A DNA stretch of 64,000 bases, from NCBI GenBank assembly GCA_041483195.1, contig JBGPFC010000011.1:39211-103210 (forward strand), given 5' to 3'. Below, in pieces: positions 57,814-64,000 of the stretch (positions are counted from its first letter, which is position 1; each line of letters opens with the position of its first letter). The DNA is from Candidatus Eiseniibacteriota bacterium (GTDB taxonomy: Bacteria > Eisenbacteria > RBG-16-71-46). The position numbers and the translations under genes are program-made. Below the pieces are notes generated by a model. The model did no database searches. It worked only from the letters and a program-made list of their open reading frames with translations, and had not been told where the DNA came from.

Positions 57814-58348
57814 CGGACCCCTCCCTCGCTCCATCTTGTGCCGCGAGCGGCTCCGCGGCCGGCGCCGGGGGCGCGGGGACGCTCGCCTGATCCGCCCGTT
57901 GCCCGAGTCGCAGCGCGAACAACACGACGCCGACGGTCACCGCCGAGTCGGCGACGTTGAACACCGGAAAGCGCCAGCGTCCGACCCCGATCTCGATGAA
58001 ATCCACGACCAGCCCGGTCGTCACGCGATCCAGCAGGTTGCCGAGCGCGCCGCCGAAGATGAGCGCGAGCGCGAGTTGATGCGCGAGGCCATGCACGCGC
58101 CGCCGCGCGAACATCGCGAGGATCGCGAGCACCGCAATCACCGAGAAGATGTAGAACGGAAAATGGCTGCCGGCGCCGAGACCGAACGCGACACCCGAGT
58201 TGCGCGTGTACGTGAACAGGACGACGTCGCCGATCACGGACAGCGACCCGCGGCCCTCGAGCGTCCGCGTCGCCCAGTGCTTGGTCCACTGATCGAGCGC
58301 GAACACCGCGCCCGCCACCGCGATCAGCAGCGCGAGCGATCGCCTCAC
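57728..58348 (-). CDS. lspA: Lipoprotein signal peptidase II
   Basis: DQWTK, NSGVAF, GGALGNLLDR, VVDF and FNVADS motifs. Confidence 0.92.
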   Translation of the reverse strand: MRRSLALLIAVAGAVFALDQWTKHWATRTLEGRGSLSVIGDVVLFTYTRNSGVAFGLGAGSHFPFYIFSVIAVLAILAMFARRRVHGLAHQLALALIFGGALGNLLDRVTTGLVVDFIEIGVGRWRFPVFNVADSAVTVGVVLFALRLGQRADQASVPAPPAPAAEPLAAQDGAREGSDAGAHGAGATRGGAAGPLPGGGAGGSLA

Positions 58349-59256
58349 CCCTGCCCCGGGCCCTGGCCCTGACCCTGGCCACGGCTGGCCTGCTCCTCTC
58401 TCTGCTTGCACGAGACGCAGAGCCGCGCGTGCGGCATGGCCTCGAGCCGCGCCCTCGCGATCGGAAGGCCGCACGATTCGCACACGCCGTACTCGCCCCG
58501 ATAGAGACGCCGCAGCGCTTCGTTGATCTCGAGCAGCGTGCGGCCCTCGGCGGAGGCGAACAGGAACGCCTTCTCGCGCTCCATCGCGTCGGTCCCCGCG
58601 TCGGCCATGTGGAACGAGTAGCCCGAGAGATCGCCGGAGCTGTCACGCTGGTTCACCTTGAGCACGGTGTTCTCGAGGTGCCCCATTTCCTTGAGAATCT
58701 TCTGCCGTTCGGCGAGTAGATGGTTTTCGAATTCCTTCATGTCCTGTTCCGTCACGCGTTGGACTCCCGAGGGTGGCGGTGCGGTGGCGGGCGCGCGAGG
58801 CGCGGCCGGGCGCGGCTTCGCGACCGGAGGTGGGGCGTGCCGATCGCTGCCCTTTGCGCGCGATTCGGGCGGCAGCACACCCAGCGGGCGAACGACGGCG
58901 GGCGGTGGGGCGGGACGCGCCGCCTTCCCGCCGGGACGCGCGGCGGAAGCTGCGGCCGCGCCCTTGCGCGCCGCTGCAGGAGGAGGCGCGCCCTTGCGCG
59001 CCACAGGCCCCTTCGGCGCAGCCGCGGCGTGCGGCTTCGTGCGAGCTGGCTTCTTCGCGACCGGGCTGGCCTTTTTCGCGACGGCTTTCGCGACCTTCTT
59101 CGATTTGCGCATCGCGGGTTTCTTCGCGCCGCGCCTGGGAGCCGCGCTCTTCGCGCGCTTCGCGGATGCCTTCGCCGCGGTGCGGGCGGGCCGGTGCCTG
59201 GCCGCCGGCTTCGCGGTACTGCGCTTCCCGACTCTGCTCTTGCGCGGGGTCGCCAT
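58345..59256 (-). CDS. TraR/DksA-family C4 zinc-finger protein with long Lys/Ala/Pro-rich N-terminus
   Basis: GGAGG RBS; HMADAGTDAMERE coiled-coil tip; YGVCESCG..I...RLEAMPHARLCVSC. Confidence 0.88.
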   Translation of the reverse strand: MATPRKSRVGKRSTAKPAARHRPARTAAKASAKRAKSAAPRRGAKKPAMRKSKKVAKAVAKKASPVAKKPARTKPHAAAAPKGPVARKGAPPPAAARKGAAAASAARPGGKAARPAPPPAVVRPLGVLPPESRAKGSDRHAPPPVAKPRPAAPRAPATAPPPSGVQRVTEQDMKEFENHLLAERQKILKEMGHLENTVLKVNQRDSSGDLSGYSFHMADAGTDAMEREKAFLFASAEGRTLLEINEALRRLYRGEYGVCESCGLPIARARLEAMPHARLCVSCKQREEQASRGQGQGQGPGQG

Positions 59257-59420
59257 GGCGCTCCCTCCTATCGTGAGCTGGCCGAAGCTGCGGCCCGATT
59301 CGGGCCGCGGTGACCTCCCGCCAGTGAAACGGTGACGATCGTCCTTCGCTGCTTCGCCGCCATCATCCTGTCCGTCTGCCGCGTGGCCACCTCGGGCGGT
59401 GCGGATGGCCGGGTGCGAAT

Positions 59421-60257
59421 TCACGTCCTTTCGTCGAGCCGGCGCACCACGTCGGTGACGAGCCGGATGAGCGCGGGCGCCGCCCGCCCCGCGGTGGCGA
59501 GAATGCTGGGAATGTCGGTGGGCTCTAGGCGGTCGGGCAGGCAGGCGTCGGTGACCACGTTCAACGCGAGCACGCGCTGGCCGCCGTGCACGGCGACGAT
59601 GGTCTCGGGCACCAGCGACATCCCGACCACGTCCGCGCCGATCCAGCGCAGGAAGCGATACTCGGCCGCGGTCTCGAGATTGGGCCCAGCCACCGCGACG
59701 AACACCGCGCGCCGCAGCGGGACCTGTTGCTCGAGCGCGATCTTCTCGGCGAGCGCGACCAGCGCGCGCGAGTATGGCTCGCTCATGTCCGGGAAGCGCG
59801 GGCCGAGCGCCTCGTCGTTCGGGCCGATCAGCGGATTGTCGCCCATCAGGTTGATGTGATCGGTGGTGATCACGATCGAACCGGGCGGCATGTCGGGGTT
59901 CATTCCGCCGACCGCGTTGGTGATGATCAGCGTGCGGCACCCGAGAGCCCGCAGCACGCGCACCGGGAACGTGACCTGGCGCATGCTGTAGCCCTCGTAG
60001 TAGTGGACCCGCCCCTTCATCACCGCCACCGCGCGCCCCCCGAGCTCGCCCAGGTGCAGCTCGCCCGCGTGACCCTCGACGGTGGAGACCGGGAAGTGCG
60101 GGATGTCGCGAAAGGGCATGACCGCGCGGGTCTTGAGGGCGTCCGCGAAATCGCCGAGCCCGGTGCCGAGGATGATCCCCACCTCGGGAGCACCCGCGCT
60201 CCGGGCGCGCACGGCCTGCACCGCTTCGCCGATCTGATTCGTCAGCTCACTCGCCAT
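59421..60257 (-). CDS. Purine-nucleoside phosphorylase (trimeric family, Asp type)
   Basis: IILGTGLG, STVEGHAG, GRVHYYEG, GPRFPDMS, GPNLETAAE, GMSLVPE and VVTDAC motifs. Confidence 0.92.
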   Translation of the reverse strand: MASELTNQIGEAVQAVRARSAGAPEVGIILGTGLGDFADALKTRAVMPFRDIPHFPVSTVEGHAGELHLGELGGRAVAVMKGRVHYYEGYSMRQVTFPVRVLRALGCRTLIITNAVGGMNPDMPPGSIVITTDHINLMGDNPLIGPNDEALGPRFPDMSEPYSRALVALAEKIALEQQVPLRRAVFVAVAGPNLETAAEYRFLRWIGADVVGMSLVPETIVAVHGGQRVLALNVVTDACLPDRLEPTDIPSILATAGRAAPALIRLVTDVVRRLDERT

Positions 60258-60543
60258 GATCCGCCTTCGATGCCTCCAGCGCCGCGGACAGGCGGCGCCT
60301 GATCTCCTGCTCTTCGAGACCGTCCACTTCCACCAGCTTCGAGCGCGAGCTCGCGCCCCGCACCACGCGCACCTCGCGCCCCTTGAGGCCGAGCAGCGCG
60401 GCCAGCAGATCCGCGACCGCCGTGTTCGCGCGGCCGCCCTCGGGGGGCGCGACCACCGCCAGCTTGAGCGCGCCGTCCGCGAGCCAGCCCTTCACTCCCG
60501 GGTGCCTCGCACCCGGTTGCACGCGGACCCGGAGCCGCGCCAT
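60247..60543 (-). CDS. DUF167 (YggU-like) protein
   Basis: VRVQPGAR...APPEGGRAN...VVRGASSRSKLVEV. Confidence 0.88.
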   Translation of the reverse strand: MARLRVRVQPGARHPGVKGWLADGALKLAVVAPPEGGRANTAVADLLAALLGLKGREVRVVRGASSRSKLVEVDGLEEQEIRRRLSAALEASKADHGE

Positions 60544-60842
60544 CAGCCCATGCGGATCGCGAGGTCGCGCAACGTGCCCACCAGGAACATGCGGATGAAC
60601 CAGAGCGCGAGCATGGCGATGAATGGCGCGAAATCCATACCGGAGACCGCGGTCGGAAACAGCCGGCGCACCGGATCGCACACGAAATTCGAGACCCGTT
60701 CGAGGAAGACGACGATCGGATTGCCGGGATCGGGCCGCACCCACGACAGCAGCGCGTTGATGAGGATGACGATCAGCAACGCCTGGAGCACCACGTCGAG
60801 CACCGCGGCGATGGCGCCCACGAAATTCCCGATCACGAACAT
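60543..60842 (-). CDS. YggT-family membrane protein
   Basis: ALLSWVRPDPGNPIV...DPVRR...MDFAPFIA; GGAGG RBS. Confidence 0.9.
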   Translation of the reverse strand: MFVIGNFVGAIAAVLDVVLQALLIVILINALLSWVRPDPGNPIVVFLERVSNFVCDPVRRLFPTAVSGMDFAPFIAMLALWFIRMFLVGTLRDLAIRMG

Positions 60843-60857
60843 CCGGTCCCTCCTCCC

Positions 60858-61574
60858 TCAACCCCGCGGGCCGAACAGTGCGGAGCCAATCCGCACCAGC
60901 GTACTGCCCTCCTCCACCGCCACCTCGAAATCCGCGCTCATCCCCATCGACAGCCGGGGCAATGCGATCGCGAGCGACCGCTCCGCCCGATCGCGCAGCG
61001 CGCGCAAGCCGGCGAAGCCCTCCCTCGCATCGCCGGCATGCTCGACCGGCGCGCCCACCGTCATGAGGCCGTCCACCCGGATGCCGGGCAGCGGGCTCAC
61101 CTCCGCGAGCAGCGGCTCGAGATCGTCCGGACGCACGCCGAACTTGGTCGCCTCACCGCTCACGTTCACTTCGATCATCACCGCCAGCGTGCGACCCGCC
61201 GCGAGCGCATGTCGCGAGAGATCGGCCGCGAGCTCGGCGCGATCCACGCTGTGCACGCGGTCGAACAGTTGAGCCGCGCGGCCGGCCTTGTTGCGCTGCA
61301 GGTGGCCGATCATGTGCCAGCGCGCGCTCGCGCGTCCGACCGCGAGGACATGCCCCTCGGCCTCCTGCACCCGGCTCTCGCCGAGATCCCGTACCCCGAG
61401 CCCCACCGCCTCGCGGACGAGCGCCACGGGCACGGTCTTCACGACCGCGACCAGGGTGACGTCGGCGCCGGTTCGCCCCGCGCGTCGCGCGGCCCGATCG
61501 ATGCGTTCGCGGACCTCGTCGATGCGGCTTTGGAGGCTGATGGCACCGTTCACGGAACGCGCGAGGGTAGTCAC
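60858..61574 (-). CDS. yggS: YggS-family PLP homeostasis protein (start uncertain)
   Basis: LVAVVKT, GESRVQE, WHMIGHLQRNK, LSMGMSADF and VRIGSALFG motifs. Confidence 0.92.
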   Translation of the reverse strand: MTTLARSVNGAISLQSRIDEVRERIDRAARRAGRTGADVTLVAVVKTVPVALVREAVGLGVRDLGESRVQEAEGHVLAVGRASARWHMIGHLQRNKAGRAAQLFDRVHSVDRAELAADLSRHALAAGRTLAVMIEVNVSGEATKFGVRPDDLEPLLAEVSPLPGIRVDGLMTVGAPVEHAGDAREGFAGLRALRDRAERSLAIALPRLSMGMSADFEVAVEEGSTLVRIGSALFGPRG

Positions 61575-61639
61575 CGCGCGGGCCGCCTGCAAGCGGAAAT
61601 CTTCACGCAAATCGCGGCCCCGGCCGGGAGGCCGGAGCA

Positions 61640-61991
61640 TGGTGGAGGCGGCGGGAATCGAACCCGCGTCCGAAAGTCAGTCCCCAGGTAGTCCTACAGG
61701 CGTGTCCGGCCGTTTGAATCTCGCACGCAACCGCTCCGACCGGCGGGATCGTCCGCGTGCCAGCCCTTCAGCATCTCGTCCTCAGCCCTCGGGCGGAGCG
61801 TCGGACCAGCCTGCGATTATCTGACGCTCGCTCCGGCCCCCACAGGCGGGGTCCGGGCGACCGTCGCCGCTAATTAAGCGGCGAGAGCCAACTGCTCATT
61901 GGCAGTTGAATGTTCCCGCTTTTTTGACGAGGGCACGGGTCCCCGGCCTGCACTTCCTGGTTCACAACCTCCGTCGAAACCGATCGCCCCC
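61640..61991 (-). ncRNA. ssrA: tmRNA (one-piece), tag peptide (A)ANEQLALAA
   Basis: 5' GGGGGCGATCGGTTTCGAC and 3' GGGTTCGATTCCCGCCGCCTCCACCA form an Ala acceptor stem with a G3-U pair; tag reading frame 61903-61874 ends ALAA-stop. Confidence 0.95.
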
Positions 61992-62162
61992 ATGGTTCGC
62001 ATCGCGGCGGCGATTGCTTCGCCGCCGGAAACAAGGCGCCTCCGACGGGGGGATCTCACGGGCGCATGCATCGCGCGCGGAAATCACCGGAGGCGCCATT
62101 CACTCGTCACCGAACGGCAACCGGCCCGGACGCCTGATGCGCGCCCCCGGTTGCGCCGCGGC

Positions 62163-62591
62163 TCAAAACGGGATGTCGTCGTCGGGCCCCGCTCCAAAAT
62201 CGCCATTCGACGGCTCGTCGGCCGTGACAGCTGCACCCACGTCCTCGGGCGCCCGCTCACCGCGACCGCCCAGCATCTGGACGCTGGTCGCGACGATCTC
62301 GGTGCTGTAGCGCTTCTGGCCCTGTTGATCCTGCCACTGCCGCGTGCGGATCCGGCCCTCGATGTACACCTGCCGGCCCTTGGTGAGGTACTGGCCGCAG
62401 ATCTCGGCGGTCTTGCCCCACACCACGACGCGATGCCATTCGGTGGCTTCCTGCTTCTGTCCGCTCTTGTCGGTCCAGCGTTCGGTGGTGGCGATGCGCA
62501 GGTTGGCGACCGCCTGCCCGCCCTGGGTGAACCTCATCTCGGGGTTCGCGCCCAGATTGCCGACCAGAATGACTTTGTTGACGCCGCTCAT
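62163..62591 (-). CDS. ssb: Single-stranded DNA-binding protein
   Basis: [33 protein letters not shown] and C-terminal DDDIPF. Confidence 0.97.
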   Translation of the reverse strand: MSGVNKVILVGNLGANPEMRFTQGGQAVANLRIATTERWTDKSGQKQEATEWHRVVVWGKTAEICGQYLTKGRQVYIEGRIRTRQWQDQQGQKRYSTEIVATSVQMLGGRGERAPEDVGAAVTADEPSNGDFGAGPDDDIPF

Positions 62592-62722
62592 GCTGAACTC
62601 CTGCACGGGGGACCCGTGGATTCGGGGCCGCCTCTCGATCGCCCCGAGAATAGGCCCTGGCGCGGTCCCCGCGCAACCGCGCTCGATCCGCGATCCGCAG
62701 GACGCGCGACGAGGCCACGCGA

Positions 62723-64000
62723 TCAGGGCCGGCCGGGCGGCGGCGTAGCCCGGGTGCTGTCCGCGAGCGCCGCCGCGGCCGCTCGCATGATCGCATCGCG
62801 CAACGCGAGCGCCGCCGCGTACGTTGGATCGGCCCCGAGCGCGCTGTCGACCTCGGCCTCGGCCGCAGCGAGCTTCCCCTCGCGAAACGCGACGTATGCG
62901 AGGGCGTGGTGCCCGTACGTGTTCCCGCGCCAGAGCATGCAGGCCCGACGCCCCTCCAACTCGGCGGCTTCGAACCGGTTCATGCCGGCCAGCGCAATCG
63001 CGCGCACGCCCGCCACCTGGCCCGCGAACACCAGCGCCGCCGGATCGCGGGCGAGCGAGTCCGCACGAGCGAGCTTCGCGAGCGCGGCGGGATAGCGGCT
63101 GGCCCGGATGTCATCGAACGCCGCGATGAAGCTGCGCTGAGCCTCGGCCTCGAGCAGCGCGACTTGCCGCGGCCCGGATGCGAGCTCGAACTCGGCGATC
63201 GTGACGAGCGGCAGCTCCGGGTGCGCCATGAACTCGGAGGGACGGACCCAACGAAGCGTGCTGTCGCGATACCACACCTGGAGCGATCGCGATCCCTCGA
63301 ACGCGTATTCCGCGACGCGCGGCAGATGAGAGAGCCCCACCCGGCCACCGCGCGGCAGCGTGGGATAGCGCTTCGCCAGCGCGTCGCGCGTATCGCGCAT
63401 CAGGCGCTGGAGGCGCCCGATCCGCTCGAAATCGGTGAACGCACCATGCTCGGGCGCGAGGATCCTCACGTCGCGGGGCGGTGAGGGACTAAGGCCGAAT
63501 GCCGCGAGCTTGACCACCAGCAGCGACGCGAGCAGCGCCGGGTGCGCGGCGCTCAGCAGCCCCGCGAGCGCGATCCCGAGACCGATGCTGCCGTACAGCG
63601 TGCGCGCCGGCGCCCACAGCGGGTAGATGGTGGCGAGCGTGCAGCCGGCCGCGCCGAACCACGCCAGCCCCCACAGCGTCCACGGCGCGCCGGCCCGCAG
63701 CCGCTGGCGGCCGCGCGCGCCGAGCCCCACCCCGGCGAGCGCGATCGCGATCAGTCCCGCGACCGCCGCGCCCACCGCGATATCCCACCGTCCCGGGGCC
63801 AGCGCCAGGCTGAAGATCGCGCGCACGCTGTTCCACGCGGCCCACGCCAGCCGCGCGGGAATCGGCGTCGCCAGCAGCGCCGGGTCCCGCTCGAGCCCGT
63901 GCGGCAGCTCGAGCCCCGCGTGCCGGCGGATCGCGAGGTAGGCCACCGCCCAGAGCGCGACCAGCGCGAGGCTCGCCCCCGCCCAGCGCACGCGCGTCCG
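62723..64000 (-). CDS. Membrane protein with C-terminal TPR-like repeats, 5'-truncated by the window edge
   Basis: Several TM segments followed by a soluble domain and TPR-like helices; frame runs off the window end. Confidence 0.6.
   Translation of the reverse strand, partial: RTRVRWAGASLALVALWAVAYLAIRRHAGLELPHGLERDPALLATPIPARLAWAAWNSVRAIFSLALAPGRWDIAVGAAVAGLIAIALAGVGLGARGRQRLRAGAPWTLWGLAWFGAAGCTLATIYPLWAPARTLYGSIGLGIALAGLLSAAHPALLASLLVVKLAAFGLSPSPPRDVRILAPEHGAFTDFERIGRLQRLMRDTRDALAKRYPTLPRGGRVGLSHLPRVAEYAFEGSRSLQVWYRDSTLRWVRPSEFMAHPELPLVTIAEFELASGPRQVALLEAEAQRSFIAAFDDIRASRYPAALAKLARADSLARDPAALVFAGQVAGVRAIALAGMNRFEAAELEGRRACMLWRGNTYGHHALAYVAFREGKLAAAEAEVDSALGADPTYAAALALRDAIMRAAAAALADSTRATPPPGRP

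Noticed and set aside
61575..61640. Mobile element integrated at the tmRNA 3' end
   Set aside because: Housekeeping yggS follows directly; no att repeat or integrase
61874..62071. 65-aa ORF ending ANEQLALAA as a protein gene
   Set aside because: It is the tmRNA tag reading frame, not an independent CDS

Overview
High-GC bacterial chromosomal window. Gene content (TonB-dependent receptor, PorV-like barrel, C25/PorU-like protein, T9SS/FlgD-type C-terminal domains) points to an FCB-superphylum lineage, possibly Ca. Eisenbacteria (inference). From start to end it holds: two tandem M3 oligopeptidases; a lipoate/NAD/Fe-S operon (E2-lipB-iscA-DUF2203-nadA-lipA); a six-gene outer-membrane cluster (TBDR, PorV-like, NHL lipoprotein, CTD protein, lipoprotein, OB-fold CTD protein); a nucleoside-salvage neighbourhood (adenosine deaminase, rpiB, udk, tdk, BMP-type ABC transporter, PNP); a secreted-protein maturation block (C25 peptidase, HEAT-cyclophilin, two GT-C-like membrane proteins, two parvulin-like chaperones); tRNA-Val(TAC); housekeeping genes (larE, mltG, ruvX/yqgF, rsbW-like, rluD, lspA, dksA-like, PNP, yggU/T/S, ssb); and tmRNA. 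The best candidate for a new system is a family of Cys-rich secreted proteins ending in a conserved P-x-x-N-x-T-W-G-x-[LI]-K-x-[LI]-Y-R tail. It has four intact copies, one tail-less paralog and one eroded fragment. It is clustered with a secreted protein carrying a dockerin-like duplicated Ca-binding motif and lies beside the C25/PPIase/GT-C block. No CRISPR array, integrase or transposase was seen.
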